Of a stretch of 64,000 bases of DNA, positions 42,923 to 53,900 are shown in pieces. This stretch comes from a virus. Lineage: Duplodnaviria > Heunggongvirae > Uroviricota > Caudoviricetes. Location of the stretch: the IMG/VR virus record IMGVR_UViG_2778261571_000004. One strand, written 5' to 3'. Below the pieces are notes generated by a model. It did not search any database and was not told the DNA's origin. It saw only the letters and a list, made by a program, of their open reading frames with translations. Position numbers and translations under genes: made by a program. Positions within the stretch are counted from its first letter, which is position 1, and every line of letters begins with the position of its first letter.

Positions 42923-43198
42923 TCACTCAAAAGTGCTGATGCTTAAAATACGCTCAAGATGTTCGGCATCTTCATCACTGATTTGTTGAGTCTCTTCTAC
43001 GTACCAACAGTTGCCGTTATGCCAACAAACACCATCATCATCAACCATCACTGAATCAGCGTCATGACCTGTATATTCAACGAGAATACGCTGGATCAGC
43101 GCGTCAGTTTCTTCGTCGTTAAGGCCATCGGCTTTGACCATAAAAAGCGGAAACACGTCATAGACAGTGCTGGTAACGATTCGAACTAAAACTCTCAT
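42923..43198 (-). CDS. acidic hypothetical protein (91 aa)
   Basis: ORF with conserved AGGAAAAACAC-ATG context. Confidence 0.4.
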   Translation of the reverse strand: MRVLVRIVTSTVYDVFPLFMVKADGLNDEETDALIQRILVEYTGHDADSVMVDDDGVCWHNGNCWYVEETQQISDEDAEHLERILSISTFE

Positions 43199-43253
43199 GT
43201 GTTTTTCCTTTTGTGGTTAGTGTTTACTTATTTTGTTAGTTATGAATAGGCGA

Positions 43254-43679
43254 TCAATCTTCTTGTTTAGGGAAAAACTGTTCAATAACTCTGTCAACGG
43301 CTGTGTCTATATGGAGTAGATGCCACACAACCATATCTTTGCTTCCCATGCCTTGTGTGAATATCACGTCATACTTACGCCATGCGCAGTGGAACCAATA
43401 TGCTGAGTCATCAATTGGTAAATCCTCTCCCGCCTCTTTGAAGTATTTCAGCAGCATTGCCTGCTCTGCCGTTGGCGTTGGACCTATTTCCTGAGCGTAC
43501 ATACGGATGAATCGCTGCCAGTCTGTCTCGTCGGGGGTTGGATCTGGTGGGGTCATTTCTGCGATAGCGTTTCGTAGCTGATGCGCCCAATCAGGTTCAG
43601 GAAAGCCTTTTGCTACTTCATCATCAATAACATCCAGAGCCACGTTTGCGGCATCGTAGAGTTTCTTAATAGCTGCCAT
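43254..43679 (-). CDS. hypothetical protein (141 aa)
   Basis: Motif-1 palindrome upstream. Confidence 0.5.
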   Translation of the reverse strand: MAAIKKLYDAANVALDVIDDEVAKGFPEPDWAHQLRNAIAEMTPPDPTPDETDWQRFIRMYAQEIGPTPTAEQAMLLKYFKEAGEDLPIDDSAYWFHCAWRKYDVIFTQGMGSKDMVVWHLLHIDTAVDRVIEQFFPKQED

Positions 43680-43690
43680 GTTTTCTTATC

Positions 43691-43718
43691 CTTTTAAACA
43701 AATTGTTTTCTTAATAAG
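43691..43718 (-). promoter_or_regulatory. motif-1 palindrome (TTTTAAACAAATTGTTTTCTTAA), approximate
   Basis: Recurrent motif. Confidence 0.45.
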
Positions 43719-43758
43719 ATAATTGCGATAAAAAAGGCGTCCTGTGGACGCCTTGTGT

Positions 43759-46098
43759 TTACTCTTCTACTGACTCGGTGGGGGTATCTTTTGCTCTCCG
43801 GTCATCGATTGCCTGCAAAGCCGCAATGATTTCAGCCAGTGGCTTCTCCCGATACATCTCGACGATCTGCGATTTGGTGTATTTCTTGTCACCAATTTCA
43901 ACTCGCCCGCTGGCGTTCTTTGGCAGGTATCCTTCTTCCAGCATGTACTCGACGAGCGATTCGATAACGTCGAGGCCACGAGTAGGATCGAAGTAGAATT
44001 TCCAGGTGCATTTGCCATACGGTGGTGCAACTTTGTTTTTGATGCATTCTGCGCCTACGTCCTGGCCGATCTTCTCTTTACCATCCTTCATCACCGATGC
44101 ACCAAGACGGATACGTACAGAAGCGTAGAACTTCGGTGAATCTCCACCTGGCGACGTAGTAGGGTCGCCAAACATTACACCGATTTTTGTGCGAACCTGA
44201 TTCAAGAAGATGATGCAGGCGTTGTATTTGCGTGCCCACAAAGCCAGAGTAGGGAAGTTCGCACTCGTCGCACGAGCCAGTGCCGTATTGTCGTTCATGT
44301 TTAGCTGATCTTTGTCTTTGGCTGTGCCTTCAGCCATCTTTTCGAACTTCTCGGCTTTGGAGTTCGGAACCATAGACGCAAGAGAGTCAGCCACGATACA
44401 GATAGGTGCTGATTCGGGGATAAGCTCTTCATCACGAACCAATTTAAGTATTGTGCCGATCAACTCTACAGAGTCTTCGAAGGTATCTGGCTGCTTGTAT
44501 ACCCACTGACCGTCATCCTCATCTGCGTTCAGGCCATTGGCTACAGCCAGGCCAACGTCAAAACTGTTTTCATGATCGAGGAATACCGCCAGACCATCTT
44601 GTTTTTGAGCGGAGATCATCGCTGCTGTTGCAAGGAATGTGTTGTGGCTGATAATCCCGTTAGACCAGAAAGAGTGTGTTTCCGGCATCGCTACGTCGAA
44701 CGTTGGTGCTTCACCTTCCTCAATAGCCACGACTTCGTCGTAGAACAAGTTAGAGCCAATTACCGCTGCCAGTTGTGCAAACAGATGCTCGTTAAAACGA
44801 TTCTTTCTGCCAATGAAGGAGACATAGATTTCTCGCAGTTTGTCTATTCCGACACGATCGCCGCGGCCAATAACGTGGTCTACCAGAGCGTAGTCTTCAC
44901 GGGTGGTCTTGGTGAGCGACTCGTAGAGTGATTTCACTAAGCCGCTGATGTGCGGAACATAGCCTGAGTAAGTGCGGTCAAAACCAATGTCCCGTTTGGT
45001 TGCCACTGATAAACGTGCCGGAGATTCGAAACCAATCGTTGACAGAAAAAGGTCGTAATTAGAGCCACTGAATGACAGCCGGTAATATGTATTTTCATAA
45101 CCCGCGACGTGTTTTTCAGAGATAGTTGACGTAATCCCCAGATTCAGGAGCATGAGGCGAATTTGCTGTAGCAGCAGCCCACTCGCGCTCACAACCTCAA
45201 TGCAGCGACCATCATTGACGTGGCATTCCAGCTCAAAGTAGCCGCGAAGGAATGCAATTTGAGCCTCGCTATTGGCGCGACGCACACTCAACGGAACCTG
45301 CTTGCCAGCAGCTTTCTCATACTCCAGACCATATTCTTTAAAAAGCAGCGAACGCACCTCTTTGCTAAACAGCACATGGTCTTCCGAGCCGTTATGTTTT
45401 CTCGTAACTGGCATCTTGTCTGATACCAGCGAAATGAGGCGGTAGTACTCATCCTTGATGAAAGGATCTGTGTTAGAAAAATTCACTGAATTTTCAGAGG
45501 CCACGTATCCGTCAGCAATTAAATAGCCCATCAGTTTTGCGATATTGGCATCCAGGTGCTGATCGCCGAATTGATGTGTGCCAACCATTGAAGGAATCGT
45601 GTCGCCTACACTGATTTTTTCAGCATGTCGCCAGACGACATTACCTAAGTCGTCAACCACACGGATTGGGTGACGGAACGTAGCCTCGATATAACCGCCT
45701 GATGCCAGCTTAATACGCTTGAATTTGCGACGGTTGTTCCATGTCAGGTGTGAGGTCTTCTCTATCACGCCATTTTCATTGATGAGTCCAACGTTATGCT
45801 CTACATCGCGAGTAGTGCATGTCGCTTTGTACCCTTCAATCTCAAACAACTCTTTCACTGTTACCATTCCACGCTCCGTCAGCAGCATGGTGTCTGCGGT
45901 AACACATTTCCCCGCGCTTGGTGGCCCGAATACTTCTACGATACGACCACATGGGAAACCGCCATCGTAACGACCGGAAATAGCTTTGTTTAACGGAGGA
46001 AAGCCTGTGTCAATCCAATGAGTTACTTTCTGAATTTCGTCGTTGCTACCGATTTTCTTTTTCAGAGCAAGTGCCAGTGCGGATTTTCCTTTTGCCAT
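43759..46098 (-). CDS. RecA-family recombinase interrupted by an in-frame intein
   Basis: N-extein ...GRIVEVFGPPSAGK (Walker A) then Cys; C-extein resumes TFLATAAM...; exteins total 357 aa, RecA-sized. Confidence 0.8.
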   Translation of the reverse strand: MAKGKSALALALKKKIGSNDEIQKVTHWIDTGFPPLNKAISGRYDGGFPCGRIVEVFGPPSAGKCVTADTMLLTERGMVTVKELFEIEGYKATCTTRDVEHNVGLINENGVIEKTSHLTWNNRRKFKRIKLASGGYIEATFRHPIRVVDDLGNVVWRHAEKISVGDTIPSMVGTHQFGDQHLDANIAKLMGYLIADGYVASENSVNFSNTDPFIKDEYYRLISLVSDKMPVTRKHNGSEDHVLFSKEVRSLLFKEYGLEYEKAAGKQVPLSVRRANSEAQIAFLRGYFELECHVNDGRCIEVVSASGLLLQQIRLMLLNLGITSTISEKHVAGYENTYYRLSFSGSNYDLFLSTIGFESPARLSVATKRDIGFDRTYSGYVPHISGLVKSLYESLTKTTREDYALVDHVIGRGDRVGIDKLREIYVSFIGRKNRFNEHLFAQLAAVIGSNLFYDEVVAIEEGEAPTFDVAMPETHSFWSNGIISHNTFLATAAMISAQKQDGLAVFLDHENSFDVGLAVANGLNADEDDGQWVYKQPDTFEDSVELIGTILKLVRDEELIPESAPICIVADSLASMVPNSKAEKFEKMAEGTAKDKDQLNMNDNTALARATSANFPTLALWARKYNACIIFLNQVRTKIGVMFGDPTTSPGGDSPKFYASVRIRLGASVMKDGKEKIGQDVGAECIKNKVAPPYGKCTWKFYFDPTRGLDVIESLVEYMLEEGYLPKNASGRVEIGDKKYTKSQIVEMYREKPLAEIIAALQAIDDRRAKDTPTESVEE
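44641..45906 (-). mobile_element. intein (about 422 aa) with LAGLIDADG homing-endonuclease domain inside the recA-like P-loop
   Basis: Starts CVTADTMLL, ends ...ISHN followed by Thr+1; LMGYLIADGYV and FLRGYFELECHV LAGLIDADG-type motifs; coordinates from residue counting. Confidence 0.7.
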
Positions 46099-46100
46099 GA

Positions 46101-46367
46101 TCAGGCTCCTTTTGTTTCGTTGATTCGTTTTAAAGCGGCGGATTCGTCGAATACAATCGCATCGTGATTAAGGAGTCTGGATACACGAGCGAGGATTTTT
46201 ACGACCTGCTCGCTGACTAATCCAAACTCGCGATCTGTCGCTTTCATTCCGGCAGCGCCTAGAATTGACGGCAGTGCGATGACAGCGTACTCACCGTGAT
46301 AAAAGACAATCTCTTTTGCCAGTTGGGTGGGGGTGGTTGTAGCGCCATTAATAATCGATTTAAGCAT
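46101..46367 (-). CDS. small hypothetical protein (start at Met3 of track ORF)
   Basis: TAATG coupling with upstream FEN gene. Confidence 0.4.
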   Translation of the reverse strand: MLKSIINGATTTPTQLAKEIVFYHGEYAVIALPSILGAAGMKATDREFGLVSEQVVKILARVSRLLNHDAIVFDESAALKRINETKGA

Positions 46368-47311
46368 TAGCAATACCTTTCGAATGGAAGAACAAACACT
46401 TCAAGGTCTTCAAGGAACGAACGGAAATTCAGCTCGTAGCACAGTTGCTCGAATGCTTTCACGTCACGATTGCCTTTGATTGTTTCGATTTCGGTAGGCG
46501 GAAACTTCGTCTCAATCAGGTTCATTAGCGTGATGTTTCTCTTGAACGCTTCGAGCATTCGACAGCCTGTTTTCTCGTTGAAGGCATTCTTCGCTAGTTT
46601 GTTGAAGGCGGTCTTATGGCGTCCTTTGTCAACCACGATTGAGCCGTCGTTGATGCCGCGTACCATCGTTGCGACACTTCCCCATTCATGCAGCAGCTCT
46701 TTCGCACCGCCAGCACCAATGCCACCAACACCGCTAATGTTGTCCGATTTATCGCCTTGTAATGCTTTTGCTTCCAAAAATGCGCGAGGAGTAGCGAATC
46801 CTGTCAGCTCCGCAAATTGCTCAAAATTAACCTGCTTGTTTTTGGCGTCTTCACGCAGGCTGACCCAGCTTACGTTTTCACGAACTAACTGAAGCCAGTC
46901 GCTATCGCCTGTTAACAGATAGATGTGTTCAACGGTTGGCTGCGGTGCCATGCGGGATACCAGCAGCCCGGCCAGATCATCCGCTTCTGCATCTTTTGCA
47001 ATGAGTTGGGTAACTCCAAGCGCGGTCATCATTTTGAGGATGTATGGCTTCTGGATAGCAAAGCCTTCCTTCATCTTTTTCATATCAGGATCGTCGTCGC
47101 GATTTGCTTTGTAGTCCGGGTAAAAGTCGCGACGCTTGTCACTAAATCCATCCCAAAGAATCATAGGTCGGGCATGGAGGATGGAGGCATAACGACGGAC
47201 GTTCTTAACAAAGCCGAAAGCAGCCTGTACTTCCATTTCGCCGTTGTGCAATTTGTCAGATTGTTGGTGGTAATAACCCAGGCTATTGCCATCTACGAAG
47301 AGATAATTCAC
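46367..47311 (-). CDS. 5'-3' exonuclease / flap endonuclease (T4 RNase H / Pol I 5'-exo family)
   Basis: YLFVDGNSLGYY, LTGDSD, GDKSDNI, GVGGIG motifs; GTG start with GGAAGGA SD assumed after an upstream terminator. Confidence 0.7.
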   Translation of the reverse strand: MNYLFVDGNSLGYYHQQSDKLHNGEMEVQAAFGFVKNVRRYASILHARPMILWDGFSDKRRDFYPDYKANRDDDPDMKKMKEGFAIQKPYILKMMTALGVTQLIAKDAEADDLAGLLVSRMAPQPTVEHIYLLTGDSDWLQLVRENVSWVSLREDAKNKQVNFEQFAELTGFATPRAFLEAKALQGDKSDNISGVGGIGAGGAKELLHEWGSVATMVRGINDGSIVVDKGRHKTAFNKLAKNAFNEKTGCRMLEAFKRNITLMNLIETKFPPTEIETIKGNRDVKAFEQLCYELNFRSFLEDLEVFVLPFERYC

Positions 47312-47371
47312 CGGTACATTCCTTCCAAAAAGTAAGGCGTCCGTAGACGCCTTACTGGTCACGTAATGGGA

Positions 47372-48400
47372 TTACAGAGAGTCCAGCTCTCTCAGTAGGT
47401 CATCCAGACCTTCATCTTCCGTCGCAGATGCGGTTGCTACAGATGTCGCTGCGACTGCTTCAGACTCTTTGACTGATACGGCAACGGCAGCGGAACTTGC
47501 CTCTGGTTTAAATTCAGTTTCAACGGCACGGAGGATTTCTTCATCAACCAGACTGGTTGGTTCAGAAGCCGGTGTGTGCGCGGTTGCTACAGCCGTCGCT
47601 CCTTCTGTATGACCAGTGACAGAGCCAAATCCAGGTAGTGCCGCAGCCGATGTTTTCGCGGTTGAGGAAATTGCTGGTGCAGATGCTGCGGCAGTTGGTG
47701 CAGCGATGCCAATCAGACGACCCATAGTGCGAACTGTCGACAGAAGACGAGTTTCATCAGCCTGATTTGCGTATGCGATCAGATCATGCTGGGTGTTCCA
47801 GAATTTATCTTCGATATCGCCTTTGTAGACTTTACGCTTAGGCGAGACGTCATATTTGGTATCGCGACCAGAGCCAGTACGTTTAATCAGGAATGCGTAG
47901 CCTTCCTCTTTGCTCAGTGGATTGCCGATATCATCAGCGATGTCTTCGGTGATTGCTTTGCAGATATCATCGAATACAGTAGACGGCAGCTCGATTAACT
48001 GGCATTTCTCAGCATCTGCGAAATCCTCACGAGCAGAAAGAATGCCGTTGACCAGGTAGCGAGGAGTGGCACGCATTTGACCGATGCGTTCTTCCATTGC
48101 TTTGTTACCCTTGTGACGAGCGCGACCTTCCATAACCATTTCGCATAGCTGACAAGCGCGACCGTGAGTATGTTGCTCACAAATATAAGCGTTGGTTGCT
48201 TCTTTACCTTCCTCGTTCTGATACTTAACGTAGTGCATACCGAAAGTCTGGAAGAACTTACCGTTTGGGTCGTCCTTATTCGGGAAGATACGGATATAGT
48301 TGACGCCATCTTTTAAGCGAGTCAGATCAACGTTGTTACCACGTTTGGCGGCAATGTCTTCACGAGTTTTGTTAAGCAAATCAAGTAATGTCTTAGACAT
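47372..48400 (-). CDS. single-stranded DNA-binding protein, T4 gp32-like (tentative)
   Basis: Zn-site-like C..H..C..C (ICEQHTHGRACQLCE), Ala/Ser-rich linker, acidic C-terminal tail EDEGLDDLLRELDSL. Confidence 0.55.
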   Translation of the reverse strand: MSKTLLDLLNKTREDIAAKRGNNVDLTRLKDGVNYIRIFPNKDDPNGKFFQTFGMHYVKYQNEEGKEATNAYICEQHTHGRACQLCEMVMEGRARHKGNKAMEERIGQMRATPRYLVNGILSAREDFADAEKCQLIELPSTVFDDICKAITEDIADDIGNPLSKEEGYAFLIKRTGSGRDTKYDVSPKRKVYKGDIEDKFWNTQHDLIAYANQADETRLLSTVRTMGRLIGIAAPTAAASAPAISSTAKTSAAALPGFGSVTGHTEGATAVATAHTPASEPTSLVDEEILRAVETEFKPEASSAAVAVSVKESEAVAATSVATASATEDEGLDDLLRELDSL

Positions 48401-48517
48401 GTGTTTCTCCTTATTGTGATTTGGCCGATGGCGCTATGCGCGTTGGGCTTTCGTTCATTCGTGGCTCTTTCGAGCTGTTAAATGATAGATCAGTACTTAC
48501 TTATTATCTATCAAAAA

Positions 48518-48949
48518 TCAACGGGGAGTAATAAAGCGTTCAGAGCCTAATCGCTCTAATTCAACGATAGCCATCTTCGACGCCTGAACGATCATGTCTC
48601 GGCGATGCGAAAAGGCGGCGACAGCATGTTTGTATATGTCTGCGATGTGCCGTGCTTCATCCAACTTCTGCCGTTTAGACAGATACTGTGGGTTTGTTTT
48701 AACCTTAGCGTCCAGTACAGACTCATTGAACTTAATGCCGTTCATACTCAAGTTCTTACGCTCTGTGTCGTATAGCTTTGCTTCAACAGCTTCAAGGTTA
48801 AGTTTTGCTTCTGCGACATCTCGATCTGCCTGCGCTAGTTTTGACCCATACTCCATTAAAAGCCGTGGCTGTTTACGCCATACTTCCTCAAGGTTGTCGC
48901 GGTCGAACTCCAGATCGGCCATGATTTTAGAAAAAATATCAGTGTTCAC
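48518..48949 (-). CDS. hypothetical protein, possibly UvsY-like recombination mediator (weak)
   Basis: Size and helical character only. Confidence 0.3.
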   Translation of the reverse strand: MNTDIFSKIMADLEFDRDNLEEVWRKQPRLLMEYGSKLAQADRDVAEAKLNLEAVEAKLYDTERKNLSMNGIKFNESVLDAKVKTNPQYLSKRQKLDEARHIADIYKHAVAAFSHRRDMIVQASKMAIVELERLGSERFITPR

Positions 48950-49157
48950 TCTAATAGGTTCCTACTTATAAAATCTGTATCAATTATATCAAACAGAGAA
49001 CGGGTTTATGGCGTCATGTCAACTTTGTTCAGGGGAAGATATTGAGATCACCGAAGATAATTAGTTGTCTTATTTTGGTAAGCTGTGCTGACCATCTTTA
49101 GGTCACATACATGAGATGGATGGGGGTGTGGCATGAACGGATGAAATTCAGTCGCCG

Positions 49158-49186
49158 TTGACAGATGTCAACACTGTGAATAGAAT
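49158..49186 (+). promoter_or_regulatory. sigma70-type promoter TTGACA-17-TAGAAT, approximate
   Basis: Consensus -35 and near-consensus -10 with 17-bp spacer about 20 nt upstream of the 49204 ATG. Confidence 0.55.
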
Positions 49187-49203
49187 ACTATTATCGGAGG
49201 CGA

Positions 49204-49428
49204 ATGAAGCAACATCCGAATAAGCATATTCAAGCAGCCATTGACTATGCATTAAGTAAAGGCTGGATCTGGGTAGCAGCTGGTGGTGCTGCACATTGTT
49301 TTTGCAGACTGCGATGCGGTAATCCAGAAGGTGAACACAAAACTCACCAAATGAGCGTATGGTCGACTCCGGGTAATCCCGAAAACCATGCCAAACAGAT
49401 CAAACGAATGGTTGATCGTTGTAAATGA
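49204..49428 (+). CDS. small protein, HicA-like toxin candidate (tentative)
   Basis: 74 aa; GW.WV..GG.AH pattern resembling YcfA/HicA; plus-strand in a minus-strand block. Confidence 0.35.
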   Translation: MKQHPNKHIQAAIDYALSKGWIWVAAGGAAHCFCRLRCGNPEGEHKTHQMSVWSTPGNPENHAKQIKRMVDRCK

Positions 49429-49488
49429 TTTCAAGGCGGCATTAGCCGCCTTTTGCAGAAACTGTCCAACTATCTTCAAAGGAAAACT

Positions 49489-50052
49489 ATGGCGCTTTAT
49501 AACTTCACTCTGACGCTCTCAGGCGTATCGTATGAGACGGAAGGACTGGAAGACGCGCTGTACCAAAACGGCTGTGACGATGCGCTAATTTGCGCATATG
49601 GAAACTCCGTCTATGTAGAATTTGACCGCGAAGCACAATCACTTGATGCAGCTATCGCATCTGCGGTCGACAATATTGAATCAGCCGGTATCGGTGCAAT
49701 TGTTGAATCCGTCGACTCGGCTCTTGTGGGCTTAAGCGATATCGCGGAACTGACAGACCTGTCTCGCCAGGCAGTGGCGTTGCTCAAAGACGGTAAGCGC
49801 GGAAGCGGCGACTTCCCTTGCCCTGTACAACGCATAAAAGGCCAGTCTCCTCTCTGGGATTGGGCTGATGTGGCTGAATGGCTCATGAATAACGGACGAC
49901 TTAAAGAGGGCGATCAAATTGTCCAAAATGCCCGAACTTTGAGTAAATGGAATCTGGCGCTTCGAAACAGCGTCTCGAAAGATTTCAACGAAATAGAGCA
50001 AATTGCGGAGAAACTGATTAAACGCCGCAAAGATATTGCGAAATGCGCATAA
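49489..50052 (+). CDS. HTH-containing protein, candidate antitoxin/regulator partner (start at Met13 of track ORF)
   Basis: AAGGAAA SD; C-terminal LSDIAELTDLSRQAVALL helix-turn-helix-like segment. Confidence 0.4.
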   Translation: MALYNFTLTLSGVSYETEGLEDALYQNGCDDALICAYGNSVYVEFDREAQSLDAAIASAVDNIESAGIGAIVESVDSALVGLSDIAELTDLSRQAVALLKDGKRGSGDFPCPVQRIKGQSPLWDWADVAEWLMNNGRLKEGDQIVQNARTLSKWNLALRNSVSKDFNEIEQIAEKLIKRRKDIAKCA

Positions 50053-50381
50053 TGATGCCCGCCAATTGGCGGGCATCTGTTCTCTGTAAAGGTGTCTGGC
50101 ATCGTCTGGTTCGTTAACGTTTACTAAACCAATGGTGACAAAAATTAGTTATCTTTGAAAAATAAAGGTTGCATGAAAAGAAGGGGTATGCGTTAATAGC
50201 ATCGTTGGTTTGCAAGACAGACCTTATGTAAGCAGTTTTAGTAAAGCAGTCTCAGTTCAGTGTTATCTTCTGATTTCCCTTCTTCGTGAGTCTCCTCCTT
50301 AAGTGCCTAAGTAAGTCCCAATCTATACAGATCAAATTCTCGCCGCACTATGTGGCTCACAAAATTAAGAAGGTAATATCT

Positions 50382-50597
50382 ATGTCTAATAAAATGACTG
50401 GTTTAGTAAAATGGTTTAACTCTGATAAAGGCTTTGGCTTTATTTCTCCTGCTGATGGCAGTAAAGATGTTTTTGTACATTTTTCGGCAATTCAGAGTAA
50501 TAATTTCCGCACTTTGGAAGAAGGCCAGCAGGTCGAATTCTCTATCGAGAATGGTGCTAAAGGCCCAGCAGCAGCAAATGTCGTTGCTCTAAGCTGA
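50382..50597 (+). CDS. cold-shock protein, CspA family
   Basis: [20 protein letters not shown]...[11 protein letters not shown]1/RNP2 motifs; long 5' leader. Confidence 0.85.
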   Translation: MSNKMTGLVKWFNSDKGFGFISPADGSKDVFVHFSAIQSNNFRTLEEGQQVEFSIENGAKGPAAANVVALS

Positions 50598-50873
50598 TTC
50601 AACGCTGATGATCCTCATTTCTACAATAACGAAGACGGTGTAAGCCTGAGTGGATAGATTTGTAGGATTGTACAAGTTGAATAAATTAGCATGGTAAGGC
50701 CATGCTAATTAAATCGACACAACGGCCAGTTTATTCCATAAAAGTGAATTGCCCATTGTGGCGAAATGCGGGGTTGCCGCATGAATAGTCAAAGGCAGAA
50801 GCTAACTGCCGGCATGGCAAAACAAAGTGCGTAAGAGGAGTGACTTCCTCAACAAGCGCCATAATTCTTTATA

Positions 50874-50896
50874 AACCCGCCAACAGGCGGGTTTTC
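50874..50896. terminator. bidirectional rho-independent terminator (cccgcc..ggcggg + T-run), approximate
   Basis: Between convergent csp and dnaE-like genes. Confidence 0.6.
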
Positions 50897-50900
50897 TTTA

Positions 50901-53900
50901 TTACTTATTTATTGTCTCCGCGATATCAGCCAGAATGGCCTCCAGTCGCTCTCCTTCTTCCGGTCGGAAGTACAGGATATTCGGGTTAAATCCGTAGAAG
51001 ACGGTTGCATCAAGCTCTGGGAAGTACTCCTTACGACCAATCAGATCTGATGGTTTACTCTTATTGTTAAATAGTGCGGTTGAACGACTACCACACGTCA
51101 AAATGTAGGTCGGACGCACCAGATTGATCTCTTCACGTATAAAGTCGGTGAACTGGCCGATCTCGTCTTTGGTATAGTCTTTCTCTTTGTCCTTAACCTT
51201 CTTACAAACACCCGTGACATAAAGATCGCCCATGCGCAGATCTCCAACTGTCAGTAGTTTTGCCTTAAAGTCGTCGTATCCGTTCTCCATGAAGTAGCCG
51301 GTACGAGCGTCATTGCCGTTCGCATTGTCCAGAATGATCATGATTTTGGGTTTAATACCAATAGTCGGGCGTATCAACTCCTCACCCAAGCCCATTTCAG
51401 CCGCCATACGTGTCATGAGTACGTTGATTTCGGCAGAACGCTTAGGATTCATTTCGAACGGACGTGATGCTTTAACAGCGTCAATGATGAGATTGCCCAT
51501 CAGCTCAGCCTGGTCGCGCAGTCGTTCAGGATCAGTTGCTGGCAGACTGCCTGGCTCAATTGACGCAAAAGCCCCTACTTTATGAAGCGACTCGCGTACA
51601 CGACTGTTACATGCACGCTTCTCGACCGCTTCATCGAATTGTGCCACTGACTCGAATTTGCCACCAACTTTCTCACGCGCACGCATAATTGCCTGACAAC
51701 CATTTTCAGAACAGCCTTTCACAGCAGAGAATGGCGCATACAGTGCCTGACTGCCGTCTTCGAGTGTGCGGATCTCAATTCGGTTAGATGACACATTAAC
51801 GTCTGGTGGCAATACGCGAATGCCATAGGTCAGCGCATCCTTCACCAGCCCCTGATGCTTATCCTCGCCCAGAATGGTGAGCGCAGCTGCGAAGAACTCA
51901 GCAGGGTAGTGCGTCTTTAGCCACATAGACTGATAACTGATTAAAGAATAAGCAACGGAGTGTGATTTATTGAAGGCATATCCACCGAACTTCTCAAAGG
52001 CGTCCCATATTTCTTGGGCTTTTTCCTTACTGAGACCTTCTTGTTCAGAGACGATCTCCACGTAGTCTATGCCGTCACTAATAGCCTCGCTGTAGCTTCT
52101 ACGCTTACCGTCTGAGCAATCCAGTTTTGCGTGTTTGTGAACCTCTACAGTACCTCCATTTTTGAGTGACAGTGTCACCCAGCCTGCTTGTGCTCGTTCT
52201 ACAAAATCGCTGCCGATCGCTTTCATCTTATCCATGTTCTTTTTACCGATAGCGGAACGCAGAGCGTCTGCTTCGGCCATAGAGAACCCGGCAAGTACTC
52301 GGGAACTTTGCATGATTTGTTCCTGATAGAGCAAAACACCATTAGTCTCCCGGGTGACTTCCTCAAGACGCGGATGAATTGAATGTGGAGCCATGAAGCC
52401 TTTGGCCACGGAGACATAGTCGTCCAACATGCCGGATTGGATCGGGCCAGGTCGGAAGAGTGCGGTCGTGGCGACAACGGTTTTAAAGCTCATTGGCTCA
52501 ATGCCACCGCCTAGATCTTTAAGCAGCTTGCGCATGGGGCCGGACTCCAGCTGGAATACGCCCTGTGTATACCCTGCAGCAAAACCATCCAGCACCTTGC
52601 GATCTTCAAGAGAAATGGCATCAAGATTGATATCTTCACCTGTGTTCTCTTTTATGTAGCGTTTTGCACTATCGAGCAAATCGAGAGTTGCCAGGCCAAG
52701 CACGTCCAGCTTAATTAGGCCCATAGCCTCGCAGTAACGCTTATCAAATGCGATACAACGCGCGTCACCACGGCGCTCAACCGGTGTACGTTCTGTCAGA
52801 GGAACACCTGCTACAATCATCCCTGCCGCATGTCTACCAAAGCCACGCATAAGGCTTTGTAACTTGCAGGCTGCATTGAATGCATCAGGATATTTTGTTG
52901 CGTATTTGTCGAGACTTGCCAGTTGTTCGCGCAGCTCTTCCAATGGAAGGCTATCATCCTCGACGTTCTTCAGTTCTTTTGATACCGCCATATCTGCGGA
53001 CTCCACACCATAAATACGAGCGGTGTCACGTAGTGCAGAGGCTGCGCCCAGGTAGGTGAAGTTCGGAATGCCTGCAACGTAATCTTCGCCGTAGCGTTCA
53101 TTCAGATACTCGATCACCTCATGGCGACGTGCCTGGCTGAAGTCCAAGTCCGCATCCGGCAAGTCGAGACGCTCAGGGTTGATGAAACGCTCAAACAGAA
53201 GACCGTGACGGATTGGGTCGACGTTGGTTATGCCTATGCACCACGCCACCAGAGAACCGGCAGAGGAACCACGACCAGGCCCGACAGGAATGCCAGTTTC
53301 ACGGCTGTGATTCATCAGATCGCGTACCATCAGGAAGTAACCACAAAATCCCAGGCGAGTCAGCGTGTTCATTTCGTACTTTAGCCGCTCAACATAAACC
53401 CTGTTCTCAGAAGCAGGTGGTGTGTATCCAAACTCTTTTGTGGTAAGACGTTTACGCAGCCCTGCAACAGCCAGTTTCATCAGCGTTGCAGGTTCGTCGT
53501 CTGCCATCTTGGGCAGTGCTGGTGGCAATTCATGCCAGCGCCATGTGCAGGCATCGATAATGGAGTCCTGCGTTGTTGAGGCCATTGCAGCTGTTACCGG
53601 CACATCCATGCGAACGGAGAAGGCTTTAAGCGCCTCAAGGAGATGGCGACGACCATTGATGGCGTTATCTCGCTGGTGGGGGATACGCAGACGATGCGGC
53701 TGGTCGATTTTTATGTTGTTCGTAACCATGTGCGCAATGTCTTTAATGTCTGCATCGTCGATCGATTCGTAATAAGCGGGATAGAACGCTACTGGCTCTA
53801 TTTTCAGTGCGCTGGCGACTTTCATCGCCCGGACGTTAATCTGGTCGTAGAATGGGGTAGGGTGCGGATAGACCACACTATAGAAGTTGTCTTTTCCACC

